Shown piece after piece: positions 26,537-40,240 of a stretch of 64,000 nt of DNA. Position 1 is the stretch's first letter; every line of letters starts with the position of its first letter. This DNA comes from Octopus vulgaris (Eukaryota), in NCBI GenBank assembly GCA_951406725.2, contig OX597830.1:64976001-65040000 (forward strand). Direction: 5' to 3'. The notes beneath the pieces were generated by a model. It did no database searches. It had not been told where the DNA came from and saw only the letters and a program-made list of their open reading frames with translations. The position numbers and the translations under genes are program-made.

Positions 26537-28790
26537 GAGAGAGATGATTTGGAAGTTGGCGTTCCTAAAACGTATATAAGAAATGTTAGATACTGCAGTA
26601 AGCTTGCAAGCGCACACATAAAAACGCACGCATATAAAAAGGCATGCATAGCTACATAAATATATACATGTAATGCAATAGCAATACACATGTAGACATG
26701 CATACAAATATACTAATAAATATATACGTAAATATATATCTACATACACACATTCACATCAAGATACAAATATATATTCCATAATGTATATACGCATACA
26801 GATATATTTTTAAAAAACTGGTGTATAGAATATTAAATTAAGAAAATTATATATTAAGTGAATATAATGTAATTAAATGTAATATAAATATATAGGTTTT
26901 TTTAGAATATATGAATTTGAAATAATAATATAAAATTTAAATATAAAAATGGGTAAAAATTTAACTTTAAATATGCAAAACAGTCGAAGGCTTTCTTGAA
27001 ATTCGAATGTAAAATATGATGGCGAAATATGTACCAGCACTGTAATATTGAAAGATGTCGATATTTTAGGTGTAAAAGACAAATTCAAATGAGAAAGTGA
27101 AAAATTTTTACCGCCCCATCGCATAGAGAATCTTTGCCCTTTTAAACCCAGGTGGAATTATCGTAAAAAAGAAAGGATTTCCTTGCATGCAGCTTAATAT
27201 CTAAATCTGAGTTATCGATGGTGACATACCGCTAGGGCGAAGTCTAATGCTTTAAGAATTAAAGACCTGAATATTGACGGGTAAAAGCCGACAATATCGA
27301 ACTACGTAAATGTACAGTTGTGTTTATGGCTAATTCCTTTGAACCAATTTATCACTGACTTCCCCAAATCCGTGAATTTAATTCTCTATTTCATTTGCTT
27401 AAAATAAAATATAAAATATTTTTGCTAATCATGCCTATTTCCATTTTAGCTGGTTTAATTAGTCTACATTTAAAGTTTTTATTGAAATTTGTTTTGTGGT
27501 CCTTGAGAGTATTCTATCCTATCACTAACTTGATTGCTGGCAATTTTTCTTGCTTTAAATTCACCTTTTTAAATAAATTCGTGTTATCTTTTTTGTAGGT
27601 GTCGGTAATGCTATTCGAAAGTAGAAGTTTATAAACATATTTGTCAAGCGCGCATCATAAGTTTTTTTCTTCTTTTTTTTGTCGGAGTTTACGAGAATCT
27701 TATCCGAGTTCTTTATGTTTCTAATTTTCTCTTTCATATATCCTTGGAGTAGATCGTTGAATTTTATTCTTCTATTAAGCCCCAAAAGATTTTTTTAAAA
27801 AGCTTCTAATTCTAAAATAGTTTTGTGGGTTTTTAGAAGATTTAAGGCCATATTTCTTTCCGTTAATTTATTGTTTCCTTTCAAAGAAGTAAGCTTTCCA
27901 TCTCATTCTTCGGATAAAATCCTCCGTTTTTTCAATGAGAATTTTGAGATATTGCTTTTGCGCCGGCATAGGTGTTTTTTTAGGGGAAAATCCTATGAGT
28001 AAAGTTCCATTTCTTTATGCTATTTCTTCTTCCTACTTGTGGAGAGTTGCTCAAAATTTCTTTAAAAGGGGCGGGTTACACCAGAGTAAGCACATAAATG
28101 GGAAGCTTGGTGGAAAAAGTAGTACTCGAACACCGGAGGTAGAGTAATATGCTTTATTAATAAAGCTGTAAAGGCAGCACAAAAACTGTTACTCAGAGGT
28201 CACGTTACCGTTTTGGCTGAGAATGGAACAAAAATAAGGTGATATGCATAAATATACAATTACGTTGATAGATACACATTTGAAAATAGCTTTGTTTCAT
28301 TGGTCCTTTCAACTAGCGGTCTTTTTAATAACCGGTTATGTGAAATTATAACTACGATTTAAAATCCTATGATTATAAAAACCGAAGATCTTAAATCAGA
28401 AATTAGCTCAAGCAGACGCAAAAGAATAAACTGCATAACCAAGATAAATTAATTAATTTTAAAATAAATTTAAATAAATCAAAAAGATAAGTCTGTTTAA
28501 AATATAAACATTTATAAAGAACTAACATCATACAACTACACGTACATTTAGTAATACATACACATGCCAAAATACCTATGTATACATATATACACTAACC
28601 GTACAAAGGTTAGTACATGCCTACATATATATACAAACAAATACAGGCAAAACATAAATATATACTAATACATATATAGGTATCCACATACATATACGCG
28701 CATAATACTTCGCCGTTTGGATTTCAAATCTAGAATTTAGTTGTTACAAGCTAGAGAAAGAAAACGAAAAGAAAATCAGAAAATAATAAA
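25681..28790 (-). mobile_element. Decayed Penelope-like element with direct pseudo-LTRs
   Basis: Direct repeats at ~25681-26370 and ~28156-28790. Internal minus strand translates KILVNSDK, TLKDHKTNF..KCRLIKPAKMEIGMISK and VINWFKGISHKHNCTFT*FDIVGFYPSI (PLE RT motifs) with stops. Confidence 0.85.
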
Positions 28791-28940
28791 TATATATTGT
28801 CCTCGCTATTAGGTATACGGTAGTAGATAATTTAAAGGTAAAACCGTGGTTTAATATATAGAGGGAAGATAAGAAATGGAGCAGTAATTAACAATGAGAA
28901 GTGGATCGTTGGTGTTTAAAAGTCATTATAGAATTTGGAA

Positions 28941-29021
28941 CCATTTACAGCTGTTTCTGTTTATTAAATCGAAGTAAATTTGCATTTACCTCGTTACATT
29001 TAATAAACATCTTCAGAATGA
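28941..29021 (-). ncRNA. Type I hammerhead ribozyme (canonical core, long stem II)
   Basis: Near reverse complement of 29221-29301. Confidence 0.8.
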
Positions 29022-29220
29022 ATAGAAGAAATGAATGGCAAAGGAAAAGAAAAAGAAAAAAGTGAAAAACAGTCCTTCATTAGGTACGTGTGACACTTCC
29101 TCTCACACGCATCTAATGAAGGAATCTACTAACACCTGCAAATTTACAAGTCACTAAAATGTATGACTTTAACGAACTTTTTTCATTATTTTCTTTTCCT
29201 TTGTCTTTCATTCCTTCTAT

Positions 29221-29301
29221 TCATTCTGAAGATGTTTATTAAATGTAACGAGGTAAATGTAAATTTACTTCGATTTAATAAACAGAAACAGCTGTAAATG
29301 G
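29221..29301 (+). ncRNA. Type I hammerhead ribozyme (canonical core, long stem II)
   Basis: TCATT CTGAAGA TGTTTATTAAAT...ATTTAATAAACA GAAA CAGCTG TA AATGG: 12-bp perfect basal stem II plus an upper helix, palindromic stem III (ACAGCTGT), GUA site. Confidence 0.85.
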
Positions 29302-29390
29302 TTCCAAATTCTATTAAATAATGACGTTTAAACACGAATGATCCACTTCTCATTGTTAATCATTGCTCCATTTCTTAGCTTCTCTCTCTC

Positions 29391-29461
<71 letters not shown>

Positions 29462-29985
29462 ATGCATATATGTAAATACACACACACACACACACACACA
29501 TATATGTATACTTCATAGAAATCAGAAAAAAGCATGTTAATGATAATATCAAGTGGCCAGCGCGAGATAAAACCAAGTACGTAAATTCTAAATTCTATCA
29601 TAAAATACGCGGCTGAAATGAAAAGTTAGAATTTGAATGTATTTTGATGTCTAAGCGCAGATATTTGCACATGGACGTGCGCCTTCGCTTCGTATGGGTA
29701 TGTATAAATATTTGTGATCATATTTCTTTGAGTATTGTGCTGAGGATAGGAAATAAGCTATTTTTACTGTTTTAATCCCGAAATTGGATCCAATGCACAA
29801 TATACTGTGAAGTTTTATTTTGTGCTTTTTACTCGCGTTTTGTGTTTACTCGCTTACAACCCGTGTTTTTGTAGGAGTTAACAGTGGCTTATAGCGCCTT
29901 TTAGCGTCTTCTTATAGCATGTTGGAGCAGGTTATTTCCTGATCCCTTTAATATAATTATATAATTTATATATAATTATTAATTT

Positions 29986-30056
<71 letters not shown>

Positions 30057-30166
30057 CAGGGTGAATACTTGATAAATATAAGCACCTGTATATGCCAGCT
30101 AGTAGCATAGGTGAGAGAATATATGTATCAAATGAAGTAAAAAGAAAAACAGGACACAAAGGATGT

Positions 30167-30261
30167 CGTGGTTCACATGTTTCGAGCTTTATAAAACAAC
30201 TTATTCTTACATCAATGCATAATCGACATAACAGATAGTTTAAAAGCCCTCATCAGCCGCA
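30167..30261 (-). ncRNA. Degenerate hammerhead (U16.1 mutated)
   Basis: Minus strand TGCGG CTGATGA GGGCTTT...AAAGCTC GAAAC ATGT GAA CCACG; same layout as 48959-49044. Confidence 0.55.
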
Positions 30262-31214
30262 TGCAATTGCTACACCAAAGACTTGTATCACATTATGAAA
30301 GGTTTGAGAAAGAACAGTTCGTATTATTTATAATGGTAGGTAAACCGAGTATCACTGAGAAAGTATGTTTGTAAATCTTCATAATCAAATAGGCGTACAA
30401 GGTATTATTAGACTCCAAAAAATCGTCCATACCGTTTTCTCACTCAATATATATATAGACTACAACACTAGGGCTACGAAAATGGAGTCTTAGCCATATA
30501 CCTTTTATCTTTGAACTTTTGCTTACGTCACTTGTCACACTGCAACCACGTTGTATCGCCATCTTAAAGGGTTTATTAGGAGCAAATCGTCAGCCAGTTG
30601 TAGGTGCTGATGTTTTTCGTGGCATTTGATGATTTTCTGTTGTCGAACTTCTACATGAAGAGAATATAAACAAACCATCACTGAAAGGAGGTAAAAACAC
30701 AACACACATACACACACGCTCACACACATACACTCGCACACACACAAACAAACACAAACATATAGACACTCACAAACAAGCACAAACATACAAACACACA
30801 AACACACACGCTCACACACACACAAACACACGCACAAACATATACATGCACGCACACACTCGCACACATACACAAACACAAGCATACAGACACGCACAAA
30901 CACACACATAAATACACACAAACACACACGCCCACACACACACTCGCATATACACACACACAAACACATAAACACACAAACACACACACACACACACATG
31001 CGCACAAATATCTATATACTCGATGGTCTTCCATACAATTTCTGTTTAACAAATTCTTTTGTAAGTCATTGATCGATCTGGGGCAGAAGATACGTGCCGA
31101 AATTGCTGCGCCGTGGTACTTAATCCGAAACCAGGTGGTAAAGCATGTTTCTTCTCTACACAACCATGCCTGCAACTATATTGTGTATTTATTATACGAG
31201 TATATGTTTGTAGT

Positions 31215-31501
31215 AAAGGCGTGTGGCTTAATGGTTAGAGCATTGCGCTCACAATCGTAAGGTTGTGAGTTCAATTCCCAGAGACACTTTATATCACGTT
31301 GCTCCACTTCACACAGCTGGCATAAATGAATAGTACCTGTGCATCAAAGGGCTAGCCTTGCGAAAACTCTGCGTCACGCTGAATCTACATAAGGGTACAC
31401 GTGTCTGTGGGGTGCTCAGCCACTTGCACGTATTTAACGAGCAAGCTGTTCCGTTGATCGTATCAGCTAGGACCCTCGTCGTTGTAACTGACGGAGTGCT
31501 C
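31215..31501 (+). mobile_element. SINE family C (short variant, degenerate)
   Basis: Head ggcgtgtggcttaatggttagagc; tail gtaactgacggagtgc. Confidence 0.75.
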
Positions 31502-31528
31502 CACTAATATGTATGTATGTGTATATCT

Positions 31529-31790
31529 AGAGGTGGAGCTGGATGACAGTCACCACCATCACCCCCAAAAAACCCGAGCCTTCGGAATTTTTTTCTCCAC
31601 AAAAGTTGAAAATAACAAAATTTTGGGTGGAGGAGGGGGAAATTAAAATTTTTAAATGGGATTTTTTTTGCATATTCGGAACCTCCGTCATTGAAAACCT
31701 ACGAGTCCAATGAGAAAAAATAAATTCCGAAAGCTCGGATTGTGTGTGAGTGTGTGTGGGAGGCTGTGACTGTCGCCCAGCTCCACTTAT
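31529..31790. mobile_element. MITE-like element
   Basis: Outer IR gtggagctggatgacagtcac (31533-31553) / gtgactgtcgcccagctccac (31766-31786), 19/21 identical; inner IR ccgagccttcggaattt / aaattccgaaagctcgg. Confidence 0.75.
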
Positions 31791-31800
31791 AAATATGTAT

Positions 31801-32188
31801 GTGGAGGCGCAATGGCCCAGTGGTTAGGGCAGCGGTCTCGCGGTCATAGGATCGCGGTTTCGATTCCCAGACCGGGCATTGTAAGTGTTTATTGAGCGAA
31901 AACACTTAAAGCTCCACGAGGCTCCGGCAGGGGATGGTGGTGATCCCTGCTGTACTCTTTCACCACAACTTTCTCTCACTCTTACTTCCTGTTTCTGTTG
32001 TACCTGTACTTCAAAGGGCCGGCCTTGTCACTCTCTGTGTCACGCTGAATATCCCCGAGAACTACGTTAAGGGTACACGCGTCTGTGGAGTGTTCAGCCA
32101 CTTACACGTTAATTTCACGAGCAGGCTGTTCCGTTGATCGGATCAACCGGAACCCTCATCGTCGTAACCGACGGAGTGCTTCCATTCC
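31801..32188 (+). mobile_element. SINE family C, full length with TSD
   Basis: tRNA-like head (tggcccagtggttaggg; gtttcgattccc); ATAAATATGTATG duplicated at 31789-31801 and 32189-32201. Confidence 0.95.
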
Positions 32189-32650
32189 ATAAATATGTAT
32201 GCACCTTTGTGTGTGTGAGGGAGAGAGAGTGAGAGTGTTTGTGTGTGAGAAAGAGACAGAGCGTATGTGTGTGTATGTAATTAAAAACACATCTACACCC
32301 AAACTCAGGCAGACACACGCACACACATACACAGGCAGACATGTGCACGATCACATATATTTATTCTGATATGCATGATAAGATATTTAGTACGCATAGA
32401 TTTAAATAGATCTAAATATGAAATATTCTCAAACTGAAGTAATAAGAGATAAGTAAAGTATGTAAATATATAAGATATTATAAATATTGCGCTAGAAATG
32501 TATTAACTCCCTTTGAGTTTGTTCTCTAAGAATCCCTTCACACACCAAGTACTTTTGACCTTACATGAGAAATTTATTATTCAGCTTTAATATATTTATC
32601 TACACACGTATTTCAATGTATGTATCCATATATATATACATATATATATA

Positions 32651-32761
<111 letters not shown>

Positions 32762-32782
32762 TATATATATATGTATGTATGT

Positions 32783-32820
<38 letters not shown>

Positions 32821-32832
32821 ATGTATGTATAC

Positions 32833-32874
<42 letters not shown>

Positions 32875-32987
32875 GAATATATGTATATATATATATATAT
32901 GTATACAAATACACGCACAAACACACACACACTCTCTCACACACAGATATATGTGTGTATAACATAGGAGGCTGGTGTCTATATTAG

Positions 32988-33026
<39 letters not shown>

Positions 33027-33863
33027 CATACATGCATATGTACATGAACAGAGACAAATATATAGGTATCTCACTCTTTATCTATATATGTATATGTATG
33101 CTCGTATATATATATATATACATGTATGTATGTATGTATGTATGTATATTCATATATAAACATACGTATGTGTTTCCCTGTTTCTATACGTATATGATAT
33201 GTGAATACAATGTATATTTTTTGTCTGCGCATGTTCACGTGATGTGTCCCTTTCAGTATGTTGAGCGAATGTGTGTGTCTACGTGAGTATGTGTGTGTGC
33301 GTGTGTGTATCTGTTTATGTGCGTGTGTGTGTGCGTGCATGGGCATGTGTGTGTTTGTATGTGTGTGTGGTGTAAATTGTTTGCGAGTAAATTAAATCTC
33401 TGAGATCCTGAACAGAAACGTCTTTTTGATCAGGATGAAGACTTTCAAACATGTCAAGGCACTTGTATGTGTGTGTGTACTTGCGAGGCTCTACCTATGT
33501 GTAAGCGTGTGCTGATATATAGATGTATGTGTGTGTGTGTGTGTGTGTTAAGGTGTATTTGTACGCGTACATGTGTGTATATGTGCATGGAAATATGTGT
33601 GTCGCTGTGAATGTGAATGTGTGTGTGCGTATATGTGTGTGTGAGAGAGAGAAAGAGAGAGGGAGAGAGAGAAAGAGAGGGAGAGAGAAAGAGAGAGGGA
33701 GAGAGAGAAAGAGAGGGAGAGAGAAAGATAGAGAGAATTTGCTAATATGAATGTGTGTGTTTCTCTGTGTTCGTATGTGTGAGCGTTTATATTCGACTAT
33801 GCGTAAGTACGTGTGTTTGTACTTATGTGTCTGCAGGTATGTGCGTGTTTCTGCGTGTGCGTG

Positions 33864-33900
<37 letters not shown>

Positions 33901-34079
33901 TTGAGTGTATGTGTTTGCAAGTATGTGTGTGTGTCTGCGTTGTGCGTCTATATAAATATATATATACGTGTGTGTTGAGGGGGGTTGTTTTTGTGGCGTT
34001 GTGTGCAGATGTGTTTCTGCCTATTTGCGCAGTGTTTTCTCAACAGTTAAAAGTAACAACCAACAGAAAGGTACCAAAA

Positions 34080-34460
34080 CCATCAATACCATCATCATCT
34101 GCACCACCACCACCACCACCAGAGGACGATGTATCGTCATCGTCGTAATCATCAACAACATCATCATCATCATCGTCATCATCATCATCGTCATCATCAT
34201 CGTCATCTTCGTCGTCTTTATCATCATCATCATCGCCATCACCTTCACCATCGTCGTCATCATTATCATCATCATCATCATCATTGTCGTCGTCATGATC
34301 ATCGTCGTCGTCTTCATCATCATCATCATCGTCGTCGTCATCATCGTCGTCGTCCTCGTCTTCATTGTCATCATCATCATCATTATCATGGTCGTCATCA
34401 TCATCGTGGTGGTCGTCGTCGTCTGTCTTTCTCGTTGTCGTCATCGTCATCATGATCACG

Positions 34461-34491
<31 letters not shown>

Positions 34492-35243
34492 TAGTAGTCG
34501 TAGTAGTAGTAGTTATCGACGTCGTTCTTGTATCCGCTGTTGTCGTCTTCATCGTCCTCGTCGTTGACATCGTCATCGTTATCATCATCATGCTCATCAA
34601 CATCATCACCACAATCAACGTTAAATATGCAAAAAAAAAAAAAAACACAAAAAAGCAAAAGCAACAATGATAATTAAATGCAAGTCAAATGTTAACAAAA
34701 CGATAATAATTAACAGTTTTGACATCAGGCAAATTAAAAAAAAAAGCAATTAAAATAAATAAATAAAAAAACAGTAAAGTCTACCACGGCAACAACTGTA
34801 TAATATTTAATCACAGAGTTTAATAAAAACAGCTACAACAACAGGGACAACAACAATAACAACTACAGTTACAGTTGCAATGACAAAAAGTGCAGCAGCA
34901 ACGGCAGCAGCAAAAATAACAAGGAGACAATGTGTGAGAGAAATAGCAAGGAAGCAATTAACGGTGATGATGACAGGATTGTATTCCCGCCACGACCAGC
35001 TGTTGATTGTTTTATTAAATGAATACGCGCGTGTGTGTGTATTGTGTGTGTATTGTGCAGTCTGTGTGTGTGTGTGTGTTGTGTAGTGTGTGTGTGTATT
35101 GTGTAGTGTGTGTGTGTGTATTGTGTAGTGTGTGTGTGTGTATTGTGTAGTGTGTGTGTGTGTGTATTGTGTAGTGTGAGTGTGTGTGTATTGTGCAGTC
35201 TGTGTGTTTGTGTATTGTGTAGTGCGTGTGTGTGTGTATTGTG

Positions 35244-35277
<34 letters not shown>

Positions 35278-35493
35278 TGGAAATGTGTGTATGTAGGGGA
35301 AAGGTCAGAAAATGTCTGTGTCTGATGTGATGAGAGCTGTGGATGGGAAGGTGGAGGGGGAAAGGAGACCGAGAGAGAGGGAGAGGGAGAGGGGGTGAGA
35401 GAGGTAGTGATGGTGGTGGTGGTGATGGTCGTGAGAAGGAGTAGGGAGAGGAAAATAGGAGAAGGGACTGGAAGAAAAAGACAGTGTGTGTAC

Positions 35494-35531
<38 letters not shown>

Positions 35532-35736
35532 AGTAGGGAAATAGAAAGAGAGGGAGGAAGCGGGAGGCAGGCAGTGGTATGTAGATAGAAGGGAATGAAA
35601 GTGGTTGAGTGTATGAGACAAAAATAAAAAGATGAAATGAAATAGGAGACCAGATGATGATGATGCTGATGCTGATGATGATGATGATGACGACGACGAC
35701 AACAACGATGATGATGATGATCATCATCATCATGAA

Positions 35737-35769
<33 letters not shown>

Positions 35770-35849
35770 CGTGATGAGTATGATGATGGTGATGCTGATG
35801 ATTACTATGATGATGGTGATGATGATGATTACTATGATGATGATGATGG

Positions 35850-35887
<38 letters not shown>

Positions 35888-36126
35888 ACTATGATGATGA
35901 TGATTACTATGATGATGATGATGGTGGTGGTGATGGTGAAGAAGATGATGATGACAATGGTAATGATGATGATGGTGGTGGTGATGATGATGATGAAGAT
36001 GATGATAATGATGATGATGATGATGATGATGAAGATGATGATGATCGTGATGAGGATGATGATGATGAAGATGATGGTGATGATGATGACGATGGTGATG
36101 ATGATGATGACGATGGTGATGATGAC

Positions 36127-36160
<34 letters not shown>

Positions 36161-36654
36161 TGGATAGTGGTGTTCCTGTTGGTGGTGATGACGATTTTGA
36201 GAATGACGATGATGTTGCTGCTGGAGGTAATGACGACGACGATGACGATGACAGTCATGGCGACAGTCGTCGCGTTTGGTGGGGTTGGGGTGTGGGATGA
36301 CTACATCGAAGACGTAGATGATGATGATGATAATATGGAATGATGGGAGTTGAAGAGAAATTAGAAGTGAGAGCAAGAAAAATATCTCCCTGAATTACCC
36401 AGAATTTATACCATTGGTCTCTTCTTGAATTATTTTCCATCGCTAAGTTTTTATTGCCATCATCATCATCGTCGTCGTCGTCATGGTCATCGCCATTATC
36501 GAGGCGTTGTCTTCATCATCATGATCATCATCAACGCCATTACCACCACAATCGACACGACGACGACGAACACTATCCCAATCATCATTGTAGTCTTCGT
36601 CTTCATCGTCATCATCATCATCATCATCACCATCACCATCACCATCATCATCAC

Positions 36655-36686
<32 letters not shown>

Positions 36687-36985
36687 CCATCATCATCATC
36701 ACCATCACCATCACCATCATCATCATCACCACCATCATCATCATCATCGTCGTCGTCGTCATCATCGTCATCGTCGTCATCATCATCATCATCATCATCA
36801 TCATACCATCATCATCATCATCGTCATCATCATCATCATCATCATCGTCATCATCATCATCATCATCATCATCATCACCATCATCATCATCACCATCACC
36901 ATCACCATCATCATCATCACCACCATCATCATCATCATCGTCGTCGTCATCATCATCATCATCATCATCGTCATCACCATCTCCC
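34080..36985. repeat. Cluster of long (CAT)n, (GAT)n and (TG)n compound microsatellites
   Basis: (CAT)n 34080-34615, TG-rich 35030-35280, (GAT)n 35653-36335, (CAT)n 36458-36985. Confidence 0.95.
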
Positions 36986-38224
36986 CCTTCGCCACCAAGC
37001 GCAATTCCAGTAATGTTATTCTCATTGCGTGCTTTCGCTTACACAATCAAACGCAACTCCCTCTGTTATATTTCATTCTGTCTTTTATGACTTTTTTTTC
37101 TATTGTCCATGTATCTTCCATTGTACATCTCCACAGAGTTTGCTTTCAACATTTTGCATCAAAGTACGCGATTCTGACGAACAAAAGCAGAAAACTCTTC
37201 ACAAAAGTCTAGAGTATATCTTCTCTAACACAAGTTCAATTCCTTTTTGGCCACCAACCCCGTTTCCGTCTCCATCTAAGTTATTTTCTCAGTATTTGTT
37301 CTTATCACAATAACGCCACCACTTCCTGCTTTCTTTTGTAAAGATAAGTCTTTTCTCTTATGGGCCGGGTATTGTTCACTTATTTCCCGTTTTATTTCAG
37401 TGTGTTTAGATGAATGGTCACGTGGTATAGAAGGGTCAAAATCAGTTTCACTTCTCACTGTGAAGGTTGTTCAGCAAATCAGTTTGTTGAATGCATTTTC
37501 TCTTTATTCTCTCGATACTTAATCTATTAACGTTCTATGAGGTGAAGAAAAACAAATACACGTTCCACCAATTTTCTTGAGACAGAAATTATTTCCTTGT
37601 TTAATGAAATATTTCACTTAATAATATGTTGAAATCATAAGTCAAATGTCATATCATACAGACAATTTCTAAAACAAATGAAATAGTCCTATATATGATT
37701 GCTAATAACTAGAAATTCCAAGAACTTCGTACTTATAAACAAAGAATAATATTAAGCGTGAAATATATCCACTTTTTTCTTTATAATCCTTTAATTTCAA
37801 TTTCAAATTTTAATCAAGCTTCGAATTATGACAAATATGCCTTAGTAAATATCCAACTAGATGGAAGCCTCTGCTCTTTGTTTCTCAAGGAAAGGGTGGT
37901 TTTCTTTGGTCAGAAAACTTATAATGACAATATACATTTCAGTTTGAGATGTTGTTTGATGATGCTTAAGATTACGCTGATAGTCAAATTCCTCATATTT
38001 GTTGTTGTGTGTTGCTCCAGAATGAGCCTTCATTCTCCTGAGCTATGGCATGCATGCAGCCACACGAACGCTTAAGTTTCCATCTGCAGATCCATAGTCT
38101 TTATATCAAACATCTAGATGGAATTCCTGGATTGCATGCAGTTAAAGTCGTCGCTTGTGTAGCAGGCGTTTATCTCTTTCAACTTAGCCCCACAATAGAA
38201 TTTTAGCCTCTGATATATTTATTT

Positions 38225-38447
38225 CTGTATTAGCCACAAGGGGCTAAACATAGAGGAGTAAGCAAGGACAGGCAAAGGAGTTAAATCGATCGATTATATC
38301 GACTCCAGTGCGTAACTGGTACTTATTTAATCGACCCCGAAAGGATGAAAGGCAAAGTTGACCTGGTCGGAATTTGAAATCAGAACGTAAAGACAGAGGA
38401 AATACCGCTAAGCATTTCGCCCGGCGTGCTAACGATTCTGCCAGCTG
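38225..38447 (-). mobile_element. SINE family B
   Basis: ccacaaggggctaaaca...atcgaccccgaaaggatgaaaggcaaag...gctaacgattctgccagc. Confidence 0.85.
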
Positions 38448-38855
38448 ATCACTCTTGGCCTCTGATATATTATAAGGTCTTAATAATATATCAACGTATT
38501 CAGTGAAACATTAACCTATGTAACCTACAGCGGATGGGATTTGTGAGGTAACGGAACATAAGTTAATAATGTCTGGAAATAGACTGTGGGTCTTGACGAG
38601 TTCATTACTCAGCAAAATTTTCTGGAAGATTATTTCATTCCGAAATTAGAATAGGTAATTTCTTAAAATTCCTTTGCTTACCGGGGTGGGTTGCTACTAT
38701 GAGATAAGCTTTAGAGAGGTGTAGTGACATCAGATGAACTTGTCGAAGACACAGGAGAACAACGAAACCTTCTTTCATCGATAGGCTCAGCGTCCATTGA
38801 TATGGATCTATAAAACAGTTGTTGTTGTTGTTGTTGTTATTGCTGCTACTGGAAA

Positions 38856-39600
38856 GGCGGCGAACTGGCAGAAACGTTAGCACGCCGGGCGAAATCCGTA
38901 GCCGTATTTCGTTTGTCGCTACGTTCTGAGTTCAAATTCCGCCAAGGTCGACTTTGCCTTTCATCCTTTCGGGGTCGATAAATTATATACCAGTACGCAC
39001 TGGGGTCGATGTAATCGACTTAATCCGTTTGACTGTCCTTGTTTGTCCCGTCTGTGTTTAGCCCCTTGTGGGTAGTAAAGAAATAGGTATTTAGCCCGGG
39101 GATACGTTCTGAGTTCAAATTCCGCCGAGGTCGACTTTGCCTTTCATCCTTTCGGGGTCGATAAATTATATACCAGTACGCACTGGGGTCGATGTAATCG
39201 ACTTAATCCGTTTGACTGTCCTTGTTTGTCCCGTCTGTGTTTAGCCCCTTGTGGGTAGTAAAGAAATAGGTATTTAGCCCGGGGATACGTTCTGAGTTCA
39301 AATTCCGCCGAGGTCGACTTTGCCTTTCATCCTTTCGGGGTCGATAAATTAAGTACCAGTTACGCACTGGGGTCGATATAATCGACTTAATCCGTTTGTC
39401 TGTCCTTGTTTGTCCTCTCTTGTGGGTAGTAAAGAAATAGGTATTTCGACTGCCGCTACGTTCTGAGTTCAAATTCGGGGTGGATAAATTAAGTACCAGT
39501 GAAACACTGGGGTCGATGTAATCGACCGGTCCCCCAGCCCCCGCACCCAACCAAACAATAAACAAATTTTAGGCTTTGTACCTGCAGTAGAAAGGTTATT
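38856..39600 (+). mobile_element. SINE family B with tandemly amplified body (about 182-bp unit, ~3.5 copies)
   Basis: tacgttctgagttcaaattc recurs at ~38920, 39103, 39286 and 39457; the first two junctions are identical (atttagcccggggatacg). Confidence 0.9.
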
Positions 39601-40048
39601 ACTGCTAGTGAAGTACTCTAGCACAAACACCAAGAATGCCAGCAACTACAACGACAACAACCACACAATATTTATCATAAAGGCAAACAGAACCAACAAC
39701 ACCACAGCTTACACAAACACCGATCACCAACACAACCACCACTACCACCTAAACACCACTAATGCTACCACTGCCACCACCACCGCCTCCACCGCCGCGC
39801 CTTGGTGTTTAATCAATATAGAAGCCATGTAAGATTAAATGTTTCAATATCTGGGGTAAAATGTATAGACATCCCCCCTCCTCCCTCTCCCCAAATATGT
39901 TTATTAGGTCAATGCTTCAAATCGTTGGGCCATGAAATCTCCAACTTCATTAAAAATGTCAAATTTTTACACGGTGCGATAAATACTTAATTCAGGTCAA
40001 GTGATTCATGTATACATACACACATATATTCATACCCATATACATACA

Positions 40049-40107
<59 letters not shown>

Positions 40108-40149
40108 TATATATGTATATATATATATATTTATATATATATATGTATA

Positions 40150-40239
<90 letters not shown>

Positions 40240-40240
<1 letters not shown>

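Larger units (their letters stand above)
28790..29378. mobile_element. Fold-back PLE terminus (about 200-bp inverted repeat plus tail)
   Basis: ~28869-29070 is inverted to ~29178-29378; each arm carries a hammerhead; unique tail on the left. Confidence 0.8.

Noticed and set aside
31801-31880. SINE heads as genuine tRNA genes
   Set aside because: They do not close a cloverleaf and continue into SINE bodies bounded by TSDs.
35015-37212. Long His-rich ORFs (453 aa and 252 aa) as possible metal-binding proteins
   Set aside because: Several frames are open simply because (CAT/GAT)n has stop-free frames; identical tracts recur throughout the window.
38920-39480. Regularly spaced repeats as a CRISPR-like array
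   Set aside because: The units are whole duplicated SINE bodies with no unique spacers, in a eukaryotic context.
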